DNA of 64,000 nt from Phycisphaeraceae bacterium (GCA_963674705.1 OY771506.1:5408001-5472000), one strand, 5' to 3'; shown: positions 50,832-61,117, counted from the stretch's first letter. Made by a program: numbers and translations. The notes: generated from the letters alone by a model not told the origin.

Positions 50832-51461
50832 ATGGGGGCATGTACAGATGACGCGGGATACAAGCAGATTGTGCGGGTCAGTCGTAGCAGTCAGCCGGTG
50901 CGTGAGGGACGGCTGCGGTTTGAGCATTGGCATGTGGATAATCAGGTGTACTTCATTACCGCGCGCTGTCGGGATGGGTATCCGGCTTTCAAAGAAGAAG
51001 ACGCTAAGGCGGTATTCTGGGAGCGGTTTGAGCACTACAGCGAAGTGTTTGGTTTCAGGCCTTGGGTTACCTCGCTGATCGATAACCACTACCACACGAT
51101 CGGGTATCTGCGCGAGGGCCGAAACCTGTCATCAATGATGCAGCGGCTGCACGGGTCGGTTGCGAAACTGGTAAACGATACGCTCGATGTGAGGCGCAGG
51201 AAGTTCTGGCGCGATGCGAAGGGCAAGGAGTATTTTGATGGGTGCATCCGCGATGAGGATCAGGCACGCAAGGCCTATCGGTATACGTGCATTCAGTCAC
51301 AGCGGCACGGGCTGGTAAGTGACTGGCGCGGGTATGCACATACGCGGATTGGGGTGGAGGTGGATCGCGCGGTTAAGCGGGCGCATGAGTTGGGGGCGTT
51401 TATGGAGTTTAAGCCTTATAAACGGTATTTGGATCAGAAAGGGAAAAGCACCGCCCACTAA
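50832..51461 (+). mobile_element. REP-associated tyrosine transposase (HUH Y1) no. 2
   Basis: VYFITAR, HUH motif DNHYH, LSSMMQRL, FW...YFD..IRD and YTCIQ (YxxxQ); flanked by REP family 2. Start codon uncertain. Confidence 0.82.
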
Positions 51462-51519
51462 AGTGGGCTCGCCAGATTACAAAACGACCTCATGGCGAGC
51501 CCGCTTCAGCGGGCGGTGC
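51449..51519. repeat. REP family 2 inverted doublet, downstream of RAYT2
   Basis: CACCGCCCACTAAAGTGGGCTCGCCA (51449-51474) and TGGCGAGCCCGCTTCAGCGGGCGGTGC (51493-51519). Confidence 0.9.
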
Positions 51520-51539
51520 GGATTTTGTGTTTTTGTTTA

Positions 51540-52454
51540 TCAGCTTTGACGTACGCGGCGTGCGAGCAGCAGCGAACCGGCGCTTAGCAGCATCAGTGAT
51601 GTCGGCTCGGGCACGTCGGGGGTGAAGGTCGGTAGGTGAACCTGGCTCTGCAGGTTCAGGCTGTTTACCGCTACGGAACCGCTGATGCCGTTGCCTGCAC
51701 CTACCACGTCCACATCGGCAAACGGTGCGAGCACGGAGCCGAACAACTCACGGTTGATCGTCACGGTCTGGGCTTCGTAGAAGTTCCAGACGATCTTCTC
51801 AGCGATAGACAGGTTGTTGAACACACTGCCCATGTTGCCTTGATCGAAGGTCACGTTCGTGCCTGACACATTGATGATGATGGCTTCGGTGTTATCGTCG
51901 ATCAACAGGATGCTCTGAGCGAGGTTGTTGGAAAGCACATCGTCGCCGACCACGCTGAACACGGCGTAATCATCCACGCCGGCCACCGCGTTGAACGTGA
52001 TGTTCGACGGCTGGCTGCCGGGCAGCGAGACGCTGGAGTTAGGCGTGAGGCTCGCGAGATAGATCGAGTCGTTTTGCAGTTGGGATTGGATGGACGAGAT
52101 ATCCAGCGCGACGCCGGTGCTGATGTTGCCGCCGCCGTTGTTGTTGAGGTTGCCGGAGATCGAGCCGCCGACCTCAGCGCTACCATTGTTGATGTTGAGG
52201 TTGGTGGCGTGGATGCTGCCACCGACCTGCAGCGTAACGGTGCTGGGGTCGATACCGGCCAGGCCCACCGCGAAGTCGGCCGCTGGGCCGTAGATATCGC
52301 CGCCCACGAGGGTGTTGCCCTGCACGTTGGTGCTGGAGGTCAGGTCACCGAAGACGATGAGGTTGTAGTCCTGCAGCGGGCTTGCCTGGGCGGCCGTGGC
52401 AATAGATAAGACAGCAGCCGCAATCGCGGCGAATGTACCTCGAACAGACAGCAT
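51540..52454 (-). CDS. Choice-of-anchor A domain protein with PEP-CTERM sorting signal
   Basis: Signal peptide, DYNLIVFGD, IIINVSG, IVWNFYEA, GSVLAPFA and C-terminal VPEPTSLMLL...ARR. Confidence 0.9.
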   Translation of the reverse strand: MLSVRGTFAAIAAAVLSIATAAQASPLQDYNLIVFGDLTSSTNVQGNTLVGGDIYGPAADFAVGLAGIDPSTVTLQVGGSIHATNLNINNGSAEVGGSISGNLNNNGGGNISTGVALDISSIQSQLQNDSIYLASLTPNSSVSLPGSQPSNITFNAVAGVDDYAVFSVVGDDVLSNNLAQSILLIDDNTEAIIINVSGTNVTFDQGNMGSVFNNLSIAEKIVWNFYEAQTVTINRELFGSVLAPFADVDVVGAGNGISGSVAVNSLNLQSQVHLPTFTPDVPEPTSLMLLSAGSLLLARRVRQS

Positions 52455-52649
52455 CTGGATTTTCTCCCTTCCGGTTTGTACTACTAGCTTGGGTTAGCCA
52501 AGTGGGGTTTCACCAGCTTAACACTAGTGACTTCACGTGATTATACGATATCTCCCACGCTTATTCCATCCGGGGAATTCCCTAGATGAGCAAATCGCTT
52601 GGAGGTCGGCGTCAGGCTCAATACAGGCCGCAAATCGTGAACAGAAAGT

Positions 52650-54341
52650 TTACTTTTTAGTCCCGGCGATCTTCGCCCAGCTGTCCTTGAGGGTGATCGA
52701 CCGGTTGAACACAAGCGCGTCGGGCTTGGAGTCCTTACTGTCCAGGCAGAAGTAACCCATACGCTCGAACTGGATACTCACACCCGGTTCTGCGTCGGCA
52801 AGGGCCGGCTCGAGCTTCGCGTCGGTCAGGACGTTGAGCGAATCGGGATTGAGGTTGTCCAGCCAGTCGTCGCTGCCCTCGGGCGGGGTGGTCGGGTCCT
52901 CGGCGGTGAACAGGTGGTCGTACAGGCGGACTTCCGCGCTGAGCGCGTGTTTGGCGCTGACCCAGTGCAGGGTGCCTTTGACCTTTCGGCCATCCGGCGG
53001 ATTGTTGCCGCCTCGGGTCTGCGGGTCATACGTGCATCGTAACTCAGTGATGTTGCCGGAATCGTCTTTGATGACTTGCTCGCACTTGATCCAGTAAGCC
53101 GATCGAAGGCGTACTTCACCACCGGTTGTCAGACGGAAGAACTTCTTGGGCGCATCTTCCATGAAGTCTTCACGTTCGATATAGAGTTCACCCGAGAACG
53201 GGACCTTGCGTGTGCCTGCTTCGGGGTCTTCGGGATTATTGATGCAATCCATCTGCTCGACCTGGCCCTGCGGGTAATTGGTGATGACGACCTTGAGCGG
53301 GTCGAGCACGGCCATACGCCTGGGTGCGACCTTGTTCAGGTGGTCGCGCAGGACGGATTCAAACTTGGCGAACTCGATGTTGTTTGCGCGCTTGGCGATG
53401 CCGGCTTCGAGCCAGAACTGACGCAGGCCTTGCGGCGGATAGCCCCGGCGGCGCATCCCGCAGAGCGTGGGCATGCGGGGATCGTCGAAGCCGGTGACGT
53501 GGCCCTTTTCGATCAACTCCGCCATGCGGCGCTTGCTGGTGAAGGTATACGTGATGTTGCCACGTGCGAACTCGATCTGCCTGGAAGGGAAGATACCCAG
53601 CTCCTTGATGAACCATTCATAGAGCGGGCGGTGATCTTCAAATTCCATGGAACAGAGGGAGTGCGTGATGTTTTCGATGGAATCGCTCTGGCCGTGCGCG
53701 TAGTCGTACATGGGGTAGATGCACCACTTGTCGCCCGTGCGTGGGTGCGGGGCGTGGAGGATGCGGTACATGACGGGGTCGCGCATGTTGAGGTTGGGCG
53801 AGGCCATATCGACCTTGGCGCGCAGGACACATGAGCCGTTGGGGAATTCGCCCTTGCGCATGCGCTCGAACAGATCGAGGTTTTCCTCGATCGGGCGATC
53901 GCGGTACGGGCTGTTCGTGCCGGGGCTGGTGAGTGTGCCACGGCCTGCGCGGATTTCGTCGCCGCTCTGGTCGTCGACGTAGGCTTTGCCGGCCTTGATG
54001 AGCTTGATGGCCCATTCGTAGAGCTGATCGAAGTAGTCCGAGGCGTAGTATTCGTGTTCGCCCCAATCGACACCGAGCCAGATCAGGTCTTCCTTGATGG
54101 CGTCGATGAACTCCTGCTCCTCCTTGGTGGGATTGGTGTCATCGAAGCGCAGGTGGAACCGGCCGCCGTATTCCTGGCAGATGCCGTAGCTGACGCCGAC
54201 GGCCTTGGCGTGGCCGATGTGCAGGTAGGCGTTGGGCTCGGGCGGGAAGCGCGTCACGATCGGTTTCTGGAACCGGCCGGAGGCTAAGTCTTCGTCGATC
54301 GCCTGGCGGATAAAGTCGCGTGCTGTGGTAGGTTCGGCCAT
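52650..54341 (-). CDS. glnS: Glutamine--tRNA ligase
   Basis: [42 protein letters not shown] and QFERMGYF; no YqeY tail. Confidence 0.96.
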   Translation of the reverse strand: MAEPTTARDFIRQAIDEDLASGRFQKPIVTRFPPEPNAYLHIGHAKAVGVSYGICQEYGGRFHLRFDDTNPTKEEQEFIDAIKEDLIWLGVDWGEHEYYASDYFDQLYEWAIKLIKAGKAYVDDQSGDEIRAGRGTLTSPGTNSPYRDRPIEENLDLFERMRKGEFPNGSCVLRAKVDMASPNLNMRDPVMYRILHAPHPRTGDKWCIYPMYDYAHGQSDSIENITHSLCSMEFEDHRPLYEWFIKELGIFPSRQIEFARGNITYTFTSKRRMAELIEKGHVTGFDDPRMPTLCGMRRRGYPPQGLRQFWLEAGIAKRANNIEFAKFESVLRDHLNKVAPRRMAVLDPLKVVITNYPQGQVEQMDCINNPEDPEAGTRKVPFSGELYIEREDFMEDAPKKFFRLTTGGEVRLRSAYWIKCEQVIKDDSGNITELRCTYDPQTRGGNNPPDGRKVKGTLHWVSAKHALSAEVRLYDHLFTAEDPTTPPEGSDDWLDNLNPDSLNVLTDAKLEPALADAEPGVSIQFERMGYFCLDSKDSKPDALVFNRSITLKDSWAKIAGTKK

Positions 54342-54355
54342 ATGAGGAGGATATA

Positions 54356-54506
54356 CGGTGTGGGGTTTGGGGTGTAGGTTACAGCTATTAATATGTAGAT
54401 AATTTAGGTTTGATGATGTGTTTTGGCCAATAGCACGTTCAAAAGGCTGTCGGAGAATATGAGATCTCTGCCAGTGCTAATGGTTAACAACTAATGGCTG
54501 ATGGCT
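54356..54506 (-). repeat. Bipartite heptamer array upstream of glnS
   Basis: Minus strand AGCCATC AGCCATT AGTTGTT AACCATT AGC (54476-54506), then TACACCC CAAACCC CACACCG (54356-54376). Confidence 0.8.
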
Positions 54507-54517
54507 CGCCCTCCCCA

Positions 54518-56047
54518 CTACTGCCCTTCTTTCGGCATCTTCAGCCTTGGGTCAGCAAGATCGAGCCGGTACATGATCTGGTTGTAGTTGTAACGCGGGG
54601 TGGGGAACTTCGCCCCGGAGAAGGTGTCGGCATAGGTACCTTCGAAGTAGATGATCCGACCACCATCCTCGGCAAAGTATGGGTGCTGCTTGGGATTGTA
54701 AAAAGTGTAGTCGTTGTGGGTCACGATCTTGATCGCCCGGGACCAGGGGCCGTGCGGCTGGTCTGCTTCGCAGTACCAGACCTCGCCTAGCATTGAGTTA
54801 CCCATGAGTTGAACCGCGATCATGACCCACTTCTGGCGGTACTCATTCCATGCCACAGACCCGCCGTGCAGCGTGATAGGCGTTTCAGTCAGGGCGGCGC
54901 GTGTGTCGATCCAGGCTTCGCTTTTCTTGAGTTGGCCGGCTTCGATGAGTGCTTTTTGTCTTTCGTAATCGATCCACGAGGTATTCTGTTTCCAGGCCCA
55001 GACGGCGTGGCCGAAGTCATCGCGTTCGATCTGGATGTGCGGGCCGAAGCGTGTGCCGGGCTTGAGGCAAGTGAACGACTCATACGCTGTCGGGTCCAAC
55101 ACCGCCGACCATTCCGCCCGGACGCGCCGAAGCGGATAAGGCGAGGCGAAGTAGTAATACCGCTGCCCATGCGCCGTTGCCTCGAACGGATGACCGACCG
55201 GGTGCAGCTCTTGCTCATCATCCAAAGGTTTGAGCTTGACGAAGGTTTCAGTGTCGTCGTTGTAAACCACGATGCTGTGATCGAGGCGTTCGGCGAGCGA
55301 ATGCATGTGGCTGGCGTGTGCGATCATGCGCTTGGCGCCGGTGTCATCAGTGATGACCATCAGGCCGTCGAGCCAGTAGAGCCCGTTCTTGACGTCGGGG
55401 AACGGGGCCATGGGCCTGCTGAAACCCTTGTCGTCCACGAAGTAAGTCAGGTTGACGCCGACGGACGGATCGAGCCCGCCGTCTTTCGGCAACGTTGAGA
55501 TAGCGCCGGCTGTGCGGAAGTGACCGAGCGGGTAGGCTTCGCGCGAGGTGTCGCCCCAGAACCAGTAGAGCTTGCCGTTGTAGATCGCGTTGAGGACGGA
55601 ATCCTGCCCGACGACCCGGCCGTTGAATACGGGATGAATGATGGGCGTGTCGTGCCCGAGCAGGACGGAATCGCGATAGATGCCCTGGCCGGTCACGCGG
55701 TACAGCCGCTGAGCGATGTTGATGCGTTTGATCTCAATGGTGGCGGTGGCGCCGGGCGTGGTGCGTAGCGCTTTGCCGCGATTGTTGAAGCCGTCGGCGG
55801 GGTATTCGTAGCCGTGGCTTGAGATGTAGAAGTAGACCTCGCGGTCCATCAGCCCGGGCTCATCAAACGCGACGTAGCCGGCGCTGTCGGTGTAGTAACG
55901 CACCTGGTTCGTAGAGCGGAGTTCGACCAAAGGCACGCCCCGGCCGGTCTCGGTATCGACGACTTGGATCGCGAAGTAATCACTCGGTTTAGAAAAGGCG
56001 ACCGAGGCTGTGAGTAACAAAAGAAGTGAGATGAGCCATCCGTACAT
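54518..56047 (-). CDS. Secreted hypothetical protein (possible beta-propeller/glycoside-hydrolase-like fold)
   Basis: Signal peptide from ATG 56047, LYWFWGDT and YNPKQHP. Function not assignable. Confidence 0.75.
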   Translation of the reverse strand: MYGWLISLLLLLTASVAFSKPSDYFAIQVVDTETGRGVPLVELRSTNQVRYYTDSAGYVAFDEPGLMDREVYFYISSHGYEYPADGFNNRGKALRTTPGATATIEIKRINIAQRLYRVTGQGIYRDSVLLGHDTPIIHPVFNGRVVGQDSVLNAIYNGKLYWFWGDTSREAYPLGHFRTAGAISTLPKDGGLDPSVGVNLTYFVDDKGFSRPMAPFPDVKNGLYWLDGLMVITDDTGAKRMIAHASHMHSLAERLDHSIVVYNDDTETFVKLKPLDDEQELHPVGHPFEATAHGQRYYYFASPYPLRRVRAEWSAVLDPTAYESFTCLKPGTRFGPHIQIERDDFGHAVWAWKQNTSWIDYERQKALIEAGQLKKSEAWIDTRAALTETPITLHGGSVAWNEYRQKWVMIAVQLMGNSMLGEVWYCEADQPHGPWSRAIKIVTHNDYTFYNPKQHPYFAEDGGRIIYFEGTYADTFSGAKFPTPRYNYNQIMYRLDLADPRLKMPKEGQ

Positions 56048-56103
56048 GGCATTACTATAACCCGGCCGCCCTATTCCGCTACAATCACATCTCGTTTTTT
56101 CTG

Positions 56104-56131
56104 ACCCCACACCCGACACCCCACACCCGAT
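56104..56131 (+). repeat. C-rich heptamer array before gltX
   Basis: ACCCCAC ACCCGAC ACCCCAC ACCCGAT, ending 9 nt before the ATG. Confidence 0.85.
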
Positions 56132-56140
56132 AACCTACCC

Positions 56141-57667
56141 ATGACCGTCGTCACACGCTTCGCACCCAGCCCGACCGGGAACCTGCACATCGGCGGGGCC
56201 CGCACCGCCCTCTTCGCCTGGGCATTTGCCCGTAAACACAGCGGCCAACTGATCCTGCGCCTCGAAGATACCGACCTGGCAAGGTCCACCCCGCAGTCCA
56301 CCCGCGGCATCATCCGCGACCTGACATGGTTAGGACTGGACTGGGACCAGGGGCCTAATCCAAAGTCGCTCGATGGCGGCGATCCGTACGATCGCAGCAG
56401 CCAGCTCGGCGAGCATGGCCCCTACTTCCAATCGCAACGCCACGCCGATGGCATATACGACAAACTCGTCCAGAAACTGCTGGATGAAGGCAAGGCCTAC
56501 GAGGAAGACGACGCGGTGCGGTTCCGCATGGATCGCGACATCGCGTTCGACGATGTCGTCTACGGCCACATCGAAGTCAAAGCCGCCGACCTCGAAGACT
56601 TCATCATCCGCAAAGGCGAAAAAGGCGGAAAGCTGCCGACGTTCCACTTCGCGGTGACGGTCGATGATGCGCTGATGGGCGTAACACATGTGATCCGTGG
56701 GCAGGAACACCTGACCAACACGAGCAAGCACGCGGCGCTCTGCGACGCACTCGGTTTCGATCGGCCGCAATGGGTGCATCTGCCTTCGATCATGAACGCG
56801 GATGGATCGAAGATGAGTAAGCGGGATAAGGCGAAAGCGGCGCGGAAGGCGGCGATTGATGCAGGGCTTGAACCTGCTGATGCTGCGATGAAGGCTTTTC
56901 TTAATAAAGAAAGTGATGACACGAAGGTTGCCGAAGCAATCGCGCAACAATTACATCTGACACTGCCTGAAATCGAAGTCGCAGACTTTAAACGCAGCGG
57001 CTATCTGCAAGGCGTGGTGCTGAATTACATCGCGCTACTTGGCTGGAATCCCGGCGACGGGACAGAGCGTTTTGGTCTGGACTTCCTTGTTGAGCACTTC
57101 GACCTGAAACGCATAGGCAAGAAGAATTCACAGTTCGACCGTGTGAAACTTGCGAAGTTCAACGCGGAAGTGTTGGCTGAAATGGAGCCGGCGAAGTTCA
57201 AGTCGCTACTCAAAGAACACTTTACGACCTATCGTCCGGACTATCTTGAGAAACTAGGTGATAGTGGATTTGAGCTGTTTGCTACCGCCTATCAGGCGCG
57301 CAGCCAGACACTGGACACGCCGGCGGAACTCGGACGGTTTTTTGTCTGCAGTGATGACGAGATCGAATACAACGACAAGGCGGTCAAGAAGAACCTGACG
57401 AAAAACGATGGCGAAGGTTTGAACGTGCTCAAGCAGTTCCGCGAAGTGCTCGCAAAATGCGATGACTGGACGGCGGATTCGCTGCATGACTTGATCGAGT
57501 CATTCACGGCTGAAAAAGAGCTTAAGAATATGGGCAGTGTCGCGCAGCCGCTACGTGTGGCGATGACGGGAAATGCGGTGAGTCCGGAGATCGGGCCGAC
57601 GCTGGAGCTGCTGGGTAAGCAGACGGTGCTTAATCGGATTGATCGGTGTATTAGAGAAGTTGGTTGA
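56141..57667 (+). CDS. gltX: Glutamate--tRNA ligase
   Basis: TRFAPSPTGNLHIGG, LRLEDTD, THVIRGQEH, KMSKR and PLRVAMTG. Confidence 0.96.
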   Translation: MTVVTRFAPSPTGNLHIGGARTALFAWAFARKHSGQLILRLEDTDLARSTPQSTRGIIRDLTWLGLDWDQGPNPKSLDGGDPYDRSSQLGEHGPYFQSQRHADGIYDKLVQKLLDEGKAYEEDDAVRFRMDRDIAFDDVVYGHIEVKAADLEDFIIRKGEKGGKLPTFHFAVTVDDALMGVTHVIRGQEHLTNTSKHAALCDALGFDRPQWVHLPSIMNADGSKMSKRDKAKAARKAAIDAGLEPADAAMKAFLNKESDDTKVAEAIAQQLHLTLPEIEVADFKRSGYLQGVVLNYIALLGWNPGDGTERFGLDFLVEHFDLKRIGKKNSQFDRVKLAKFNAEVLAEMEPAKFKSLLKEHFTTYRPDYLEKLGDSGFELFATAYQARSQTLDTPAELGRFFVCSDDEIEYNDKAVKKNLTKNDGEGLNVLKQFREVLAKCDDWTADSLHDLIESFTAEKELKNMGSVAQPLRVAMTGNAVSPEIGPTLELLGKQTVLNRIDRCIREVG

Positions 57668-57727
57668 GTTGAAGGCTATTAACAGATACCCGGACCTTCG
57701 CTGCGCTCAGGACCGGCGTTGGTTGGA

Positions 57728-57796
57728 GATTTGCGATTAACGATTAGAGATTAGCGATTAAAACCCCTACACCCTAAACCCAAAATCCTACACCCT
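57728..57796 (+). repeat. Bipartite heptamer array (GATTWRM x4-5 + C-rich x5)
   Basis: GATTTGC GATTAAC GATTAGA GATTAGC GATTA, then CCCCTAC ACCCTAA ACCCAAA ATCCTAC ACCCT directly followed by ATG. Confidence 0.88.
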
Positions 57797-58219
57797 ATGA
57801 AATACTGGTTAATCAAAACCGAACCCGGGGCCTGGTCGTGGGACGATCAGGTTAAGGCGCCGAAGAAGACCACGACGTGGGACGGCGTTCGCAATTACCA
57901 GGCGAACAACAATATGAAAGCGATGGCCAAGGGTGATAAGGCTTTCTTTTATCACTCGGTCAATGAAAAGCAGATCGTCGGCGTTGTGAAGATCGTCAAG
58001 GAACACGAGCCCGACCCGACGGATAAGACCGGAAAGGGTTTTGGCATGGTGAGTGTGCAGGCGATCGAAGAGTGTAAAACGCCGGTGACGCTGGCGGATA
58101 TCAAGGCGGAGCCGAAGCTTGGCGAGATGGTGCTGGTGAAAAACTCACGACTGAGCGTGCAACCGGTGACGGCTGCGGAGTGGAAGATAATCTGTAAGAT
58201 GGCTGGGATTAAGCCGTAA
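57797..58219 (+). CDS. EVE domain protein
   Basis: YWLIKTEP, WDGVRNYQA, GDKAFFYHS and SRLSVQPV. Confidence 0.95.
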   Translation: MKYWLIKTEPGAWSWDDQVKAPKKTTTWDGVRNYQANNNMKAMAKGDKAFFYHSVNEKQIVGVVKIVKEHEPDPTDKTGKGFGMVSVQAIEECKTPVTLADIKAEPKLGEMVLVKNSRLSVQPVTAAEWKIICKMAGIKP

Positions 58220-58222
58220 TAA

Positions 58223-58305
58223 TTCACCGCAGAGTACGCAGAGGACGCGGAGAAGAAGATATTTGTTTGAAAAACCTCTGCGATCTCCGCGTCCTCTGCG
58301 GTGAA
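58223..58305. repeat. Inverted pair of 9-nt-periodic arms (CGCAGAGNA)
   Basis: TTCACCGCAGAGTACGCAGAGGACGCGGAG ... CTCTGCGATCTCCGCGTCCTCTGCGGTGAA. Confidence 0.9.
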
Positions 58306-58323
58306 ATAAATGTATTCAACAAC

Positions 58324-58351
58324 ACCCGAACCCCGAATACCGAGACCCGAA
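58324..58351 (+). repeat. C-rich heptamer array before the second pfkB gene
   Basis: ACCCGAA CCCCGAA TACCGAG ACCCGAA, ending 2 nt before the ATG. Confidence 0.8.
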
Positions 58352-58353
58352 AT

Positions 58354-59262
58354 ATGTCATTGATCGTAACCGGCAGCATCAGCATCGACACCATCGACAC
58401 CCCCACCGGCAGCGCCGTTGAAGTCGTGGGCGGCTCGAGCATCTACTTTACCGCGGCGGCGAGTTTCTTCGGGCCCGTACGCCTGGTCGGCGCGGTGGGC
58501 GAGGACTTTCCCGATGCGTTTGTGGATGTGTTCACCGAATTCAAGGTCGATGTGACCGGCCTGGAACGTCGCAAAGGCAGCAAGAGCTTCCGTTGGCATG
58601 GGCGTTATCACGAGGATGTGAACATGCGCGACACGGTCAGTGTCGAGCTGAACGTATTGACCGAAGCGCTGCCGCCGATCCCCGAGTCGTTCAAAGATAG
58701 TGGGTATGTATTCCTGGCGGTGACACACCCGGACAATCAGCTGAAGCTGATCGATGCGTTCCCGCAACGTAAGCTTGTCGTCGCGGACACGATCGATCTG
58801 TATATCAACACGACGCGTGATCAGTTGATGGAGGTATTCAAGCAGATCGATGGGTTGATTATCAATGACTCGGAAGCGCAGATGCTGACGGGCGAGCCGA
58901 ACGCGATCGTCGCGGCGGACAAGCTGCTTGAGATGGGGCCGAAGTTCGTGGTGGTGAAGAAGGGCCAGCACGGCGCGATCCTGAAGCACCCTGACGGCGT
59001 GTGCGTGTTGCCGGCGTATCCCGCGAAGGTGGTGATCGATCCGACCGGCGCCGGTGACAGCTTTGCCGGGGCGTTCATGGCTTACCTTGCAGCGAAAGAC
59101 GACACATCGTTTGATACACTCAAAACCGCGATGGCCTACGGCACGACGGTCGCCAGCTTCACCATCGAAGCATTCAGCGTTGAACGATTGCAGAAGCTGA
59201 CGCGCGATGAGATTGATAAGCGGTTTGCTGAGTTTACTTCGATGTTGAAGATTGAAGGCTAA
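58354..59262 (+). CDS. PfkB-family sugar/nucleoside kinase
   Basis: GSISIDTI, GGSSIY, VVKKGQHGA and DPTGAGDSFAG. Confidence 0.9.
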   Translation: MSLIVTGSISIDTIDTPTGSAVEVVGGSSIYFTAAASFFGPVRLVGAVGEDFPDAFVDVFTEFKVDVTGLERRKGSKSFRWHGRYHEDVNMRDTVSVELNVLTEALPPIPESFKDSGYVFLAVTHPDNQLKLIDAFPQRKLVVADTIDLYINTTRDQLMEVFKQIDGLIINDSEAQMLTGEPNAIVAADKLLEMGPKFVVVKKGQHGAILKHPDGVCVLPAYPAKVVIDPTGAGDSFAGAFMAYLAAKDDTSFDTLKTAMAYGTTVASFTIEAFSVERLQKLTRDEIDKRFAEFTSMLKIEG

Positions 59263-59287
59263 ACCCGGCGAATGAAGGTAAAACCGG

Positions 59288-59322
59288 CCCTCACCCCGGC
59301 CCTCTCCCGGGGGGAGAGGGAG
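59288..59322. repeat. Solo REP-like element CCCTCACCCCGGCCCTCTCCC..GGGAGAGGG
   Basis: CCCTCTCCC/GGGAGAGGG hairpin preceded by CCCTCACCC, a widespread repeat type. Confidence 0.75.
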
Positions 59323-59361
59323 TGAGTACAACGACACATTTATCAATTAAGGTATTTGGTT

Positions 59362-60390
59362 ATGTCAGATGCACCGACCATCCGCTGGGGCATAATTGGT
59401 TGTGGTAATGTCTGCGAGGCGAAGTCCGGGCCGGGCTTTCAGGAGGCGGACGGCAGCGCGCTGACGATGGTGATGCGTCGCACGCCTTTGATGGCGGAGG
59501 ATTTTGCGACGCGTCACGGTGTGCCGAGCTGGACTGGGGATGTGGATACGTTGATCGAAGATGAGGATGTGGACGCGGTGTACATCGCGACGCCGCCGGG
59601 CACGCATTGCGAATATGCGCTTCGGGTTTGTAAGGCGGGTAAGCCTTGCTATGTCGAGAAGCCAATGGCGCGCAACGGCGCGGAATGTGACAGGATGGTC
59701 AAGGCGTTTGCCGAGGCCGGCGTGCCGTTGTTTGTCGCGTACTACCGCCGGGTATTGCCGCGGTTTTTAAAAGCGAAGGAACTTATCGACAGCGGAGCGC
59801 TTGGCGATATTGAGTCGATTATCTATCAGTATGACTCGATGGCTGAGCCGAGTAAGGATCATGGCTGGCGTGTTGATGTTGAGCAATCCGGCGGCGGGTT
59901 GTTTCTGGACCTCGGCTCACACACGCTGGACATCCTGGACTTTTTGCTCGGGCCTTTGCGTAACGTCAGCGGCGAGGCGGGCAACCACGGCGGGCTGTAC
60001 AGCGCCGAAGACCGCATCTCGATGAGCTTCGGTCTGGAAAACGGCGCATCGGGCGTGGCGAAGTGGAACTTCTTTGCCAATCAACATACCGACGAGATCT
60101 GCATCAAGGGCAGCAAAGGCAGCCTGCAACTAAGCACGTTCGGCAATGAGCCGGTTGCGCTAGAAACATCGGGTAAGCGTGAGATGTTCGACCTGCCGAA
60201 TCCGCGCGTGATCCAGCAGCCGTTGATCCAGACGATTGTGGATAGCCTGCGTGATGGCAGCGAATGCCCGAGCACGGGCGAAACAGCGGCAAGGACATCG
60301 CACGCGATGGATAAAGCGCTGGACAGCTATTACGGCGGACGATCGGATGACTTCTGGACACGACCGGAAAGCTGGCCCGGCGGGGATTAA
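59362..60390 (+). CDS. Gfo/Idh/MocA oxidoreductase
   Basis: RWGIIGCG, DAVYIATPP, YVEKPMA and GGGLFLDLGSH. Confidence 0.92.
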   Translation: MSDAPTIRWGIIGCGNVCEAKSGPGFQEADGSALTMVMRRTPLMAEDFATRHGVPSWTGDVDTLIEDEDVDAVYIATPPGTHCEYALRVCKAGKPCYVEKPMARNGAECDRMVKAFAEAGVPLFVAYYRRVLPRFLKAKELIDSGALGDIESIIYQYDSMAEPSKDHGWRVDVEQSGGGLFLDLGSHTLDILDFLLGPLRNVSGEAGNHGGLYSAEDRISMSFGLENGASGVAKWNFFANQHTDEICIKGSKGSLQLSTFGNEPVALETSGKREMFDLPNPRVIQQPLIQTIVDSLRDGSECPSTGETAARTSHAMDKALDSYYGGRSDDFWTRPESWPGGD

Positions 60391-60449
60391 GCAGGATAAA
60401 AGGCTTTCTCTAATTACCTCTGCTCTGCGACATTTTGAAGAAGAAAATT

Positions 60450-60597
60450 AGCCACAGATAAACACGGATGAACACAGATAAGAAAAAAACCGGGCTCGTA
60501 CGCTTCATATAAGGATGCTATTGCGGGCTCCTTCCTCTATCTGATAAATCGATTTCTTATGTCTGATATCCGTGTTTATCTGTGTTCATCTGTGGCT
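60450..60597. repeat. Inverted pair of 10-nt-periodic arms (ACACRGATRA)
   Basis: AGCCACAGATAAACACGGATGAACACAGATA (60450-60480) and TATCCGTGTTTATCTGTGTTCATCTGTGGCT (60567-60597). Confidence 0.9.
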
Positions 60598-61117
60598 CAT
60601 CTTGATTGGGTCGCAAGATTTGCAAAAAAAGCACGAACTTGTCAGTTCAAAAGGAGACCGGAGCGGACAATCTTTGGATTTATTAACCGATAAAAATATT
60701 TATTCCCCGGCAGATAATTAAACAAATCCGGCTTTAAAACCGTATAATAAAGTAGAGCATTTTTCACCTCACTGTGATGTTGCAGTGGGTGCCGCATGGA
60801 TCCGCGGTAAAAATGGTCAATTTACAATACGAAAGACGACTAGCGGATCGCTCGCGGCGCCAGGGAAAAAGGATTGAGGATGCTCAAGACAACTTGATGT
60901 GCCGTTGGGACTAGAGCCTGCACACGATTCGCCATTCTTGATTCATCTATTTATCACGCGACTTAGGACCCACGGCCCTGCCGACGGATGTTCCGTCGGG
61001 TAGCCGCTTCGGGTACGTACTGAAATACGTTTGGGGTATCCGTTCAATCACCGAGCGGCGAAAACCTCTATGTGGTGCGCGATCCGTGCGCCGACATGTC
61101 TGTATGGGAGGTGCGTG

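Noticed and set aside
50754..51095. N-terminal extension of the radical SAM ORF
   Set aside because: Overlaps RAYT2 and a REP; the family motif and -10 box support a start at 50753.
57688..57718. Imperfect hairpin CCGGACCTTCGCTGCGCTCAGGACCGG after gltX
   Set aside because: Single copy with mismatches and no U-tract; too weak to classify.
60813..60914. 33-aa ORF MVNLQYERR... as a leader peptide
   Set aside because: No RBS, no regulatory codon run, and no other support.
60743..61110. Assignment of the structured region to tmRNA, RNase P, SRP or 6S RNA
   Set aside because: Diagnostic motifs (tRNA-like ends, GAGGAAAGTCC, SRP loop, long closing stem) not found by eye; kept only as an unassigned candidate.
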